A stretch of 64,000 nucleotides of DNA, taken from NCBI GenBank assembly GCA_964016885.1, contig OZ024741.1:377270001-377334000 (forward strand). Reading direction: 5' to 3'. Source of the DNA: Eledone cirrhosa. Taxonomy: Eukaryota. Below the pieces are notes generated by a model. That model was not told where the DNA came from, made no database searches, and worked only from the letters and a program-made list of their open reading frames with translations. A program made the translations under genes and the position numbers. Numbering within the stretch: position 1 is the first letter of the stretch; the number at the start of each line of letters is the position of its first letter. Of this stretch, positions 28,689 to 40,441 are shown piece by piece.

Positions 28689-28760
28689 ACCGAGGAAACA
28701 ATGTTTCCATTGGTTTTTCTAATTGCTAATACACTCTACTTGTCGCAACTACAGGTAGAA

Positions 28761-28881
28761 GGAGCAACGCGAAATAAAGTGTCTTGCCCAAGGACATAAC
28801 GCATCACCCGGTCCGGGAACGGAACTCACAATCTCACGATTGCGAATCCATGTTTCTCACCGCTCACCCACGCGCCTTCAC
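28761..28881 (-). mobile_element. tRNA-derived SINE 5' portion (second family)
   Basis: Minus strand gtgaaggcgcgtgggtgagcggt..gtgagttccgttcccgg..tgtccttgggcaagacactttatttcgcgttgctcc: a tRNA-like head followed by a common SINE body motif. Confidence 0.75.
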
Positions 28882-30519
28882 AAATATATATTGTAACAGC
28901 TCAGTTGCACCGAACCTTTTCTGTTAAGAAGAGGACTTATTGAAATCTGGATAGATACCCCTCCAATTACCTGTATACAAATTCTATTATTTCGTATGAT
29001 ATTGACTATCATGGAAACTTCCTAAAGTTCTTGTGATTGTGTTAGTGATGTATTTCCTAAATGCACATCATTTTCGGCAAAATCTCTTGTAATAAGAGTA
29101 CTATTATATATAATGTGACTATTAGCATATGTACAAATAATAGTAAATATACTTTTATAAAATTGAAGCTTAACATAAAAAGATCAAATACACGAACATT
29201 GAAACATTCAGGATTTTATTTTCTATGTTCCTGTATTAAACAACCACTAACATGAAATCAGCTCAATGAACCAATATTATTACATGCTAATATCATGGAA
29301 ATTCTACTCATGAAAAGTTTATAAAGTTAAAGATTTTCACCAGGAAAAGACATGCTGTCTGCTATTCTAACACAGTTCGTGAACGACGTCGCAATATCAC
29401 AATTATATCCGTTTATGTCAGATAGTGTACCTAACACCGTAAACAGAACGTTTAGGATTTTATAGCAATTTACAGTTATTCGACATCCGCTTTCTTATTT
29501 CCTTTCCGAAATAGACGAAGAAATATTGTGCGTAAACCTAGGCTTTAAATCTTTTAATATGACCTGTGTGGGTGAGTATCAATTTATGATTGCTTGGAAG
29601 GCAAAGTAAATTTACTGTTAAATGATGCTGAATATATTTGTTTTGATTTGGTAATATATAATAATATACGATGATTATGATATGGCTAAGTACTTCAAAT
29701 GCTTATTCAATGGGTAAGTGTAATAAACAAATTTTTAGATGCATTTGGCATGAAACAATATTTTCCACCGACTAAATGATTTCATTTGCATTAGTGATCA
29801 TGTGTTCACGGTCATGGTATTGCATCAATATGACAGTTCAGAGATGAAGGAACGCCATTAATGTGATGAGTATGCAGATCAAGGGATATGCAAAAAAAAT
29901 TAGTGTACCTTGTTGTGATTTAGAAAGTTAACATTTTAAGTATATCCCTAGACCGAGGAAATGTTTCCGAGAAGCTAGTTGTAAGAATCTTGAACAATAA
30001 ACATAAAAGTTTATTGAAATTTGTAAGTACGGTTACTAGCCAGTTTCATGTTTTATTTAAGTTAATCACAGCTTCAGGTAAAACATTGCAGTCTATGCAA
30101 TATCCCGAGAAATTAAATTTCATCAATCTAAACTGACAGTACTTCATTACTTAGATTTATGATACGAAGAATTACAAACTTTTAGGTCTCTTTATTTCAT
30201 GAGAAATAAAAATTGATAAGGAATTTTAATTTGAAAGAATGACAGCAATATTGTTGAGTGAATTTCGAATACAACAATTCCGCAATCTGATTGGCAATTT
30301 ATTTTATCGATCGCAATGAGATTAAAGGCAAATATCACCTGGCTGGAATTTGAAATCAGAACAGAAAAAATACGGATTGAATACCGTATATACTTTATCT
30401 GATACTCTGCCAATTCAAATCAGGACATGATTTGTAAATACATGGGGACGTTTAATAACACAGGAAAATAGCAGTGGTATTAGTATTAATATTAGAATTA
30501 TCAATATTATTGCTCTTAG

Positions 30520-30716
30520 TGTTTTTTTATCTGGTAGATGTTATACCGGCATATACCAAAGGAGCGAATAATAGCCAAAATTCCATTGGCTCATCCCTTC
30601 TCCTTCAAATTTCCAACACACTCCTTAAAAACCTTGCTGTTCTTGGCAATGCTATTTTCTGCACCATCCTGTCCTGATGTTAATTCCAAGCTTCTCAAGC
30701 AATACATTCAACCGTC
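30520..30716 (-). mobile_element. Old R4-clade 3' remnant (distinct subfamily)
   Basis: Minus strand reads MVQKIALPRTARFLRSVLEI*, homologous to the R4/Dong C-terminus LQKACLLGTARTLRYVLNI*. Confidence 0.7.
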
Positions 30717-30732
30717 ATTGTTGTTGTTGTTG

Positions 30733-30770
<38 letters not shown>

Positions 30771-33700
30771 GTTCGTTGAGTCTCAGTCATTGATGTTATT
30801 TAACTGGAAAGTTTGTTGAAATGAATATCAAGCCACTACCTGCAGCCTCAGATATTCAGGACGTATCTGAGGGTTTTCGCTGCTACAAGCAAGCATGCCT
30901 TTTGAAGTGTTCCAAAAAGCGGGGCGGGACCAATTTTTTTAACCATCCTTGGAAACTCTTTGAGATAGTACCTAGTGCGCCTATGACAATCGGGACCACT
31001 TTGACCTCAGGGCATTTCCAAATCCTTTTTACCTCCCACTTTAAGTCCTGGTATCGGTTAATCGTCTCCCTCTTCTTCTCTTGCACTCTCGTGTCGAATA
31101 GGCAGGCCACATCCACAATCAGGCACGATCTTTTTCTCTTGTCCACAACCTCCAGGTCAGGTCTATTGTGTTCCAGTTTCTTGTCCGTGGGTATCCTAAA
31201 ATCCCACAGCACCTTCACCTGATCGTTTTCTATCACCGACACTGGCTTATGCTCATACCACTTCTCAGAATGTGGTGAATTTCTTACTTTGCATAGATGT
31301 CAGTGGATCACCCTGCCCATCACATCATGTTTCCAGCCTTTATAGTGAGTCTGGGCTAGGTGTTTACACTCGGATACAATGTGAGCCACAGTCTCCTCTC
31401 TCCACAGATCCTGCACAGTGGGCTAGCCTCCTCCTTGTAAATATGGTGTTTCACCCACTTCGTTTGAGGGCCTGCTCTTGCGGAGCCATTAACATTCCTT
31501 CTGTAGCCTTTTTAAGGTCTCCTCTTTTCAACCAGTTCCATGTCTGTGGATCTCTGAATTCAGTTTTCTCAAAGAAGGTACTATAAAGGGATGTTTCATG
31601 AAGGTTGCTCCTTCTCCTTGTTGTTATTTCCTCCTTGGACATCTCATGGTCTATTGTCCTCTCCTTCTGTACAATTCTGAGCATTGACTCCTTACTATCA
31701 GTCACGTATTTGTATAGGTTGTTTTTCTCCATCTGAACACTGTCGTCTATGCTGATAAGACCTCTGCCACCTTCAAATCTCCTTAAGTAGAGTCTATTGA
31801 CACCACTCCTCTTGTGGCACCAATTGTAGATAGTCAATAGCTTCCTAGTTTTCCTATCCGTTTTTTTTTGTTCAGCAACATTCCATCTCAGAATTCCCGC
31901 ACTGTACCTAATAATAGACACAGCTCGGGAATTTACTGCACTTATGGCATTCCTACTGTTAAGATGTGAGTTTAATACGCTCCTTATTCCTCGAATGTAT
32001 TCAGATCTTATCAATTCTTTCATTTTGTTGTTCTTGATGTCATCAGCCTCCAGAACACCTAAATATTTGTATCCTTCTTCAGTATCAATTTCCTTTATAA
32101 TCTCACCTGTTGGTACCTGGATTCCGTTGCTTCTGCTCAATCTACCGCTCTTCGTCACAAGGACTCCACACTTACTAATACAAAATTGCAAACATATATC
32201 ATTTGATGAAAATACGGACAGTGTCAATAAGCACATCCAACTCGTTCTCACTCTTCCCTAAGAGCTTAAGATCGTCCGTCAAGGGGATGTGATTGATGGT
32301 AAGCTCTCCCTTTCCCAGCTTGTATCTTGCTTTCACTTTTCGCTGTATAATGGTCAGGGGGATCAGGGGAAGGAGAAGCAATAGAGGGGACAAACTATCA
32401 CCCTGGAAGATACCTCTCTTGATCTTCACGCCTCCCGAGGATTCTCCACCCGATGTTAACTCTGGTTTCCAGGACTTCATACTTTTGCCCAACAACTGTC
32501 TGATGTTATCTGCCACCCTGAAGATCTCTAGGCTTTTGGTTATCCAAGAATGCGGTACCATGTCGAATGCCTTTTTGTAGTCTATCCATCCCATGGCAAG
32601 ACCAGTGTGTCTCCTGCAATTCCTCATTACCATCTTATCAATAAGTAACTGGTCCTTTGTACCACGGGACTTCTTTCGGCATCCTTTCTGTTCGTTCGGT
32701 AACAAATTGTTTATGTGGAGGTGATGGTAGATTTCCTCAGACACAATGCTTGTTAACAGTTTCCACATTACGGACAGACATGTGATAGGTCTATAGTTGG
32801 TAACATCCTTACACTTGGTTCGGTCTTTCATTACCAGAACTGTGGTATCTTTGTCAACCACTCTGGTACCTCATCTGACATCAAGCAGTCATTGAACTTG
32901 GTTGTCAGTTTCGGGTGGAGGGATGTTATATTTTTAATCCAATACCATCAGGGCCTGGTGATTTCCAATTTGTTGGTGTTCTTGTTCACTAACCTCCTTT
33001 TGTACTGTCTCATTCCACAGTGCCTGATCATTATGTTCAACAACCTGCTCCTATATTCCTCTCCAGAATGTCTTAGTCTGTTCCGCCTCAGGGATCAAGT
33101 CGTTGCCTCTTTCTTTCCCTTCAAGCTGTCCAAACAATATCTTCTGGTTTTTGGTTCTGTCTATACTGACTGACTCTGCTCTCATATCGCCTACTCTTTG
33201 CACTCTTTGCTACAATGTGTTGCTTCAGTTCCTCTATGATAATATTTAGCTTTTTCCTCATAGTGTTGTACTTTATTTCCAGTCTATTTTTAGTGTCTAT
33301 GTTTTGTAGTGTCCCAATCGGTCTGGACTCAAGCTTTCCAATGTCATTTCTCTTTTCCCTGATTTGAGCATTCAGTCGTTTCTTCCACCACGGTTCTGAT
33401 TTTTCTTGTTTTTATGCCAAGTAATTTCCTCACCGCATTTGCTGTTGCTTTGAGGACATTGTTGCATTGGTGAAGGTTCTTCGCCTCAATGTATGGGATG
33501 ACTTTGTTTACCTTAGCTGTTGTTTCCTTTAACTTTTTCCTGTCTACAAATCTTAGGTTTCCCACTATCATTGTTCATTTCATCTACCACTGCGTTTAGG
33601 ATATCAACCAAATCTTGTCCTAGCCCGTCAGCATTCATTTCCTCAATGGCCGTGTCTTGGTTGCAGTTATTATTTATTTCAGCATTCAGATCATTGTCTG

Positions 33701-34880
33701 CTTCGGATGCTTCCTCCTTTCTCTGAAACACTTCACCATCATTTCCCACTGCATCGTTTGTCTGGCATACTCCACTCTCCATTTCCAACCTAAACTCTCT
33801 GCTCAGTTCCTTTAGTTCCAGATCGCTTATCCACCCATTAGTTCTTATTACTCGATCCTGCCCGGCCAATTTTTGTTCATCTAATTTAAATAGACCAATC
33901 TCGTTCCAGATGTTATGAATCCGTTTCCTATAGCCTTTTTCCTTGGGGTTACTCTTCAGGTAACATTGCATAACAGTTCTATTCAATTCTTTCGTCCAGT
34001 TGGTTCTGGTCCCTTTCCTTCTTTTTCTTCCTCCAATATCAGCATTATTTGGATGACAGCCAGGTCCCTGCTGCGGGGCCAGAGAGCACCTGCTGGGTGA
34101 GAGTCTGTCACATAACGTTTCAGTCTTCACTTCACCGTTATTCGAACTGTTTAGGTTCGACATTTAAACACTCATATCGAGGATTGGTGAATGTATGGTT
34201 ACATAACCACCGGTGACTTTAGCGTGGCACCATCACGTTGTAGACGAAAATACATAAATAAACAAAGAAATAAATAAAAATATAAAAAATAAACATAAGT
34301 TTCATTGTAATGTTTGAATGTCTGACTTATTTTTTCTCCTTTTTGTTTTTCAATGCCAGTAACATCGGTATAAATATAGTAAAGTACCAGTAATGTACTG
34401 GGATAATTGCTGGCCTTGTGCCAAAAGTAGAAACAATTATTATTATTATATTACACGGGGTCGATAAAACAATGCAGTGGGTAATTGCTGGCCCTATTAT
34501 ATTATAGTTTAGATTTGACATCATTTAAACTAAACATTTTGAGAGAGTTTAGAGGCACAACAGCAATAATGTGTTTGGTGTTGTTGTTGCTTTTAGCTGT
34601 TTCACCGGGTCACCAAATCAGTCTATTTATAACTTTTGACACCTTCCTAGCTTCTTTTCATGCTTCGTGGGACTACTACCACCCTTCTCTCTCTTAACAG
34701 GAGGTAGTGAGAGAGAAGAGCGGCGGTAGCGATGATGATGCAGTTGTGATGTGATAGTAGTACTGTAGTGAAGGTGCTGATGTAGCCGCTGGTTTTGGTT
34801 TGTTTGTTTGGCTGGCTACATGTTTTGTGTGGTAGTGGTGATGGTGATGGTGGTGGCGATGGTGGTGGTGTTGGTGGTGA
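30771..34880 (-). mobile_element. R4/Dong-clade element, decayed near-full-length copy
   Basis: Fragmented ORFs 33513-34163, 32199-32861 ([17 protein letters not shown]), 31451-32251 and 30883-31242. The 5' UTR is interrupted by SINE fragments. (TTA)n on both sides. Confidence 0.93.
34373..34503 (+). mobile_element. SINE 3' fragments (plus orientation) within the Dong 5' UTR
   Basis: aaagtaccagtaatgtactgggataattgctggccttgtgccaaaagtagaaacaattattatt and cggggtcgataaaa. Confidence 0.75.
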
Positions 34881-34894
34881 ATTATTATTATTAT

Positions 34895-35037
34895 TATTTT
34901 CAATTTTCTATTATTACATCCTCTGTTTTTTTTTGTTTTTTTACACGCAGAAATTCCCATTTGTACCGTCCTGTATTGTCCTCTACTGTCCTTAATGACT
35001 ACTTTATGTAAACCCTTGTGGTTAATAAAGAAAGAAG
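34895..35037 (+). mobile_element. L1/Tx1-like 3' UTR fragment
   Basis: ..aaacccttgtggttaataaagaaag, closely matching the reverse complement of 2243-2370. Confidence 0.8.
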
Positions 35038-35343
35038 TAACAACAGCAACAGTATCAACGAAAACAACAACAAAAATACCAACAACTGTACCAACAGAAA
35101 CATCAACAATGACATCAATACCTGTAATACCGACATCAGCACCACCAGTAAGACCAGTAGCGGCAGCACTAGTAGTGCTGCTGAAAAGGGGACCACTTCT
35201 TTTGCAGGTGTCGCCCGAAATATCGAAACAGTGTTAGTCACAGAGGAGGAGAAGGCAGTCGCAAGGGCCAAGGTGACAAGAAGCGCCAATAGAGTCCCCT
35301 GAAACCTCCACCCGATTTTTTCAAGGACCAGCAGCTACGTACG

Positions 35344-36216
35344 GTGACTTACCGCGCCGTAAGCAAGATCTCACATCGGGTGGAGAGAGCCACGGAGGCT
35401 CAAATCCAAAAGGCCTTGGGTGCGTCTGGGCACGCAAAGCCCACATCACCCGAGGCAGAAGGTACGCCACAGCAGACGTACTTTTCGCCCCCCCCCCCCC
35501 CCCAAGAAGCAAGATCTCACTCTTTGGAAACCCTAAAGAGTGAGGAGATAGTCTTGGTGCCCTCTTACCGCGGGCAGAAAATTGTGAGGGTCAAAGTGAC
35601 CCAGGTCCCACCCGACGTGCCCATACCTTGGCTGGCCGCGTCTGTCCTTGCTGGAATCGAGAACAGGGCGACCATGCTGCAAGTAGAGGAAATAGGGAGA
35701 GAGAACTGGTCAGGTATAGGCATGCAAAAGCTTATACAAACTGACCAGGAATGTATCGACGCTATCCCCGATATCATAGATATCGAGGAAGGACACCAAC
35801 TCCCTATAAGTGTAGAAGGAAGGCGGCCAAAATGTTATCTCTGTGGGTCGAAGGGTCACCTCAGGTCCTTTTGCCCACAGAAGACAGCGAAGAAGAAGGC
35901 CCCTCTCCTTCCAATACCTGGTCCGCTGCTACCAAGAGCAGGGCAGGCAACAAACGCAGAAGCCCCTTCCACAGTGAGTAGGAGGGCAATGCCTGTATCA
36001 CCCGTACCAAGGCCACGGACAACTAAAGCATCATTATCTGTGGCGGCAACACCAGTAGCTACATTTGAAGTAGCTACATCAGCAACAAAATTGCCGGAGA
36101 GGGCTCAACTACCACCACCAAATGCCGTGGAGCATATACCCCTCCCAAACGCCTCGGAATCCGACATGGAGTTTGAGGCGGGAGTGAAGTGGCAAACGGT
36201 CTGCCACAAAAAATAA
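35344..36216 (+). pseudogene. ORF1 fragment (CCHC zinc-knuckle protein) of Tx1-like element A
   Basis: VEGRRPKCYLCGSKGHLRSFCP; homologous to IDGRRPRCFVCGEATHLQAIC in element B. Confidence 0.8.
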
Positions 36217-36783
36217 AAAAAATAAAAAAAATTAGATTCACCCTCCAAAAGCGAAGGCATACAAAGAGGGGTAAAGGCAGCAAGGAAACTCGCAGCAACA
36301 CCACCACCATCACCACCACAAACACCACTGACAACAACAACCACACCACCACCACTCCCTCCAAAAACACCAACAACGCAAACACAACACGACAAACACA
36401 GCAAACAGCAACAAGAAGAAAACAGTAACAAAATCACCCCTATTCCCCAAAACTACACAGCCATAAACATGGCAAAAAAAGAACTCATACAATATATAAA
36501 GCAGCACACAGACATCACAGAAAAAAAACTACTACACCCCACCAACACCAAGAACTCTCCCGACAAACATAAGCATCATTGAAATCTCAATAGAACAGTA
36601 CAAACCTTTAAAACAAAAATTCCCCAACGCAGTTGGAGACTTCAGTGGGTCGATTACCAAGAGGATATACACTGATATCCTCTTGGAAACACCCATGACT
36701 AGCGAAAGGGACGGTTCTACTGTCCCTTCACCAGACGATCAAGGTAAGTGACTCTTTCTCACTTGCCCCGTTTCTCATCCAAG

Positions 36784-39700
36784 ATGGCCGTACTCAGAAA
36801 TGGCAGTATAAATGCACGTGGCTCGGGGTCATCTTGGAAGCAGGGTCACCTGCTCAACGACCTCAGGTCACTAAACATAGATGTGGTGGCCATCAGTGAG
36901 ACCAGAATCTCCGAAGAACAAGCCTTCGCGCGGATCTTCGGCGGCTACGATGTATACGCATTTCCCAGCCGTCCAGGATCGGGGGAGGGGTTGCCGTCCC
37001 TTTTCGGAGAGGCTTGGATCTCGCCATACGGGCCATCTTCCTAAACCCAGAAGTTAAGTCGGTGGTGCAGGACGTGACCGGCAGCAAAGGCAATGCTTTC
37101 AGGCTAGTAGCCCTCTATGCCCCAACAGGGGCAGGACGGCCAGATTTCTTCAGACGTCTAGAGACCTTTCTTGGAAGGTCTTTAGTGTTAGTGGGCGACT
37201 GGAACGGTATCTTGGATGCACGCTCGGATTTTGTGGGGATAGTGGATAGGGGAGGAGGGTGCAAGAGCCTCACCAACCTGCTCAGACGTTTTAAACTGTC
37301 TGATAGGTATCGATTAGATCACCCGAATGTGCCAATGTGGACATGGACAAACCACATCACGTCATCTAGATCGTATCTCGATAGGGTATTCTGCCGAGAA
37401 CTAGATAAGGCTAGTATAAGTTGTCTACAATTTAAAATAGTCGACTACACAGACCACAAATTTGTGATCTGTGAGATCGACATAGACAGACTTCATAGAC
37501 AAGGGCCTAGTTACTGGAAGCTGAACGCATCTTTCCCGGCGCGCAAAGCCTACAGAGACCGGATTAGCGTATTAGTTAAGCGGGCGTTGACGGGAGCGGT
37601 CGTCAACAACAGGTGGTGGTTCGCCGTGAAAAGGGCAATTAAAGTAGAGTCGATTAGGTTTAGCAAGGAGTAGTGATAGAGGAAATAGAGTAGAGGGAGA
37701 GCTAGTTAGAAAGCTAGAAGAGGCGTTTAGGACAGGCATCGCACTCGACCAATTCTTCAACGCAAAACACGAAGGCTGCGTTGTCAGAGCTAGAGCGCGT
37801 GCTCTGAAACACGAGGGGGTAAAAGCCGTTCAATGGGCCCAGGTGGCAGAGGCGCGACGTGGCAACAAAGCCACAATTCGGTCTTTGTCTGACCAAAACG
37901 GGTGCGTGATGCTCGAACCCGAGCGGATCTGTGAAGCTTTTCAGCAGTACTTTGCTGAATTGTTCGGGAGCAGTGGCAGCCGGATCGGGGCATGGACTTC
38001 AGTGCATACCTCGACTGACTGCCTCGGCTCTCGACGACCGCAGCACAGTGTTGCGAAAAGCCAATAGCAGCCGGTGAAATACGGGAAGCGATGGCTAACT
38101 GCACAAGGGTTAAATCGCCAGGTTTGCATGGTCTGCCCTACGAGATTTATGCATTTATACCAGACTTGATCGGTGACCTCATGGCAGACGTCTACTGCAA
38201 CTGGCAGCAAAACGGGAGCATTCCCAGTTGTGTGAGCCGGGGAGCAGTTGCGCTGCTGAGAAAAGACCCGAAAAAGGGGGATGTTATCGATAATGTCAGG
38301 CCATAACACTGCTAAACGCAGAGATCAAGATTTTGACCAAGGTGTTAGCAACGAGGTTGGCGCTTGTCATCTAGGGTCTGGTGGGAGAGGCGCAGACATG
38401 TGCCATTCCGGACAGATCCATACACGACAACTTCCACCTCATGCGATACATCATAGAGAGGGTGGTTAAGGAACCTGGCACGGGTGGGGTCCTTATCAAC
38501 TTGGATCAATACAAAGCATGCGATAGGGTCGATCATCGGTACCTGGCGACAGTCCTCGCGGTCGGTTTCATGCCCGTTTTCAGGGTTTGGATCGCAGCAA
38601 TGTACAGCGACATCTGCTCAGTTTTGAGGTTGCCGGTCACTTGTTGCACCCGTTCAGCATCATGCGCTCAGTCCGCCAGGGTTGTCCCCTCTCGTCCCTC
38701 TTGTACGTATTGGCTCTCGAGCCGTTAGTGCACAAACTGGGTGCGATGAGGGGCGTCCGACGCGAACTAGGATGCGGGAAATCCGATGCTCGGCACCGCG
38801 CTCAAGGAATACGGAGCGGTGACAGGAGCAAAGATAAACCAAGAAAAGTCGGTGGGCTTGCAGCTCGGCACCTGGAGAGGCAAGTCCATGCCGTCCGACA
38901 GCGTCGTGGGGCGCTGGACGGACGAAACCGTTAAATTGCTCGGGGTCTGGTTCGTACCGGACATCCAGATGGAGAAAAACTGGAACGAGGTGACGAGCAG
39001 GGTGGCCTCCCTCACCCAGAAATGGGCCGAGAGGAAGCTGTCCCTGAAAGGTCCGGCGGAGGTGGCGAATGCGTACATCGTATCCGTCATCTGCTACCGC
39101 CGCACATTCGTCCATTGCTCCAGCCCAACTCTCACCAAAATGGAGCGCCTCCTCTTCCGCTTTTTGTGGAAGGGACGCGCTCCCAAATGTCAGACGATCC
39201 ATCTGCTGTCAACACGCGTTGCGTGGAGGACTCGGCATGCCATGGCTGATGATGCGCAAACATGCGCTGAGGCTGCGACATCTCTGGTGCTTCCTTGACG
39301 GTGAATAGGTGTGGTCGCCGTTCGCAAGGCACGTTTTCCCACAGTTCGTCTCCTTGACGGAGCTGATGTCCTGGGTCAGAAAAAGACCGAGGGATAGCGC
39401 TTGAAGATTAGAATTTCTCCAGGCGCTCACTAACCTCTGCCAGCTGGGCACCAGTATCGGTGGAACATCCACCTCGGCGTTCTATAGAGGACTAGTGGAG
39501 GGGAAGAGCGACGACATTCTCGGAGATCCTGTCGTCGAAGAAGATCAGCTGTTTGCTCTCTTCCGGAGAACTTTCAGCGCAGAGCCTATGGATAACTTCC
39601 AAAAATCCCTGGCCTGGCAGTGCTACCGGGGAGCGCTGACGATTCGAGATAAGCTCTACAGGCACGGAAGTCCCGTCAGCCGAGCCTGTCCGAGATGCGC

Positions 39701-40103
39701 GCTTAGTGACGAAACCGTCGTGCACGCACTAGTTCAGTGCCCGAGCATTGATGACTTGTGGAGCTATGTCGAACAGTTGCTGTCGCGTGTAGGACTGATC
39801 CGGTTATCGACTGAGTTCATTGTGCAGATGGTCTCAGCGTCTTCCTTCGAGGAAGAAGGGAAGGCGGTTTTCATCTGCTTGGTGGCCATGGCGAAAGAGA
39901 TTGTGTGGTGGACAAGGTTAAAATGGTTAAAGACAGACACTCTCCTCTTCGGCGAATCCCTAATTAACTTTTTCAAGTTTCACTTGAAGAGGAAAATCAG
40001 GGTGGAGAGGCAAGTGCTGACTTCTAGCAAGTTTGTTGAAAGGTCGGTGAAGTTAGCGAGAATGGTCCGAGTGAACGGGTCCGCTCTGAATATACATCTG
40101 TAG
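36784..40103 (+). pseudogene. ORF2 (APE endonuclease-RT) of Tx1-like element A, multiply disrupted
   Basis: Starts MAVLRNGSINARG. Many frameshifts and stops; the YADD segment appears deleted near 38785. Confidence 0.88.
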
Positions 40104-40441
40104 TTTGAGAGATGGAAAAATTGAGAGAGGGCACTTGCCCTGGTGTTCAGGGTGGCCGTTGTCTTTTGCGTGGTTTTTGCCACGAGTAACCCTCGGAGGT
40201 GTCCCCCGTATTGGGGAATTTTTCATTGTTTCAATTTTCATTTTTATTGTTTATATATATATATACATATATATATTTCTATGTCCATTTTTTTCTTTTC
40301 TTATATAAATAATAAAAATATTTACAAGCACGAAACCCACATCGTACCGTCCTGTACTGTCTTGTGCCGTCTGTAATGTTTTTCTTGATGGCAGCCCTTG
40401 TGGCCAATAAAGAAATCATTATTATTATTATTATTATTATT

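Larger units (their letters stand above)
35038..40417 (+). mobile_element. L1/Tx1-like LINE, subfamily A, near full length, decayed
   Basis: ORF1 with a gag-like knuckle CYLCGSKGHLRSFC. ORF2 fragments: APE (SINARG, VVAISET, VGDWN, YLDR, YTDH), RT (KSPGLHGLP, LDQYKACDRVDH, VRQGCPLS) and C-terminal CPRC..HALVQC. Ends aataaagaaatc(att)n. Confidence 0.93.
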
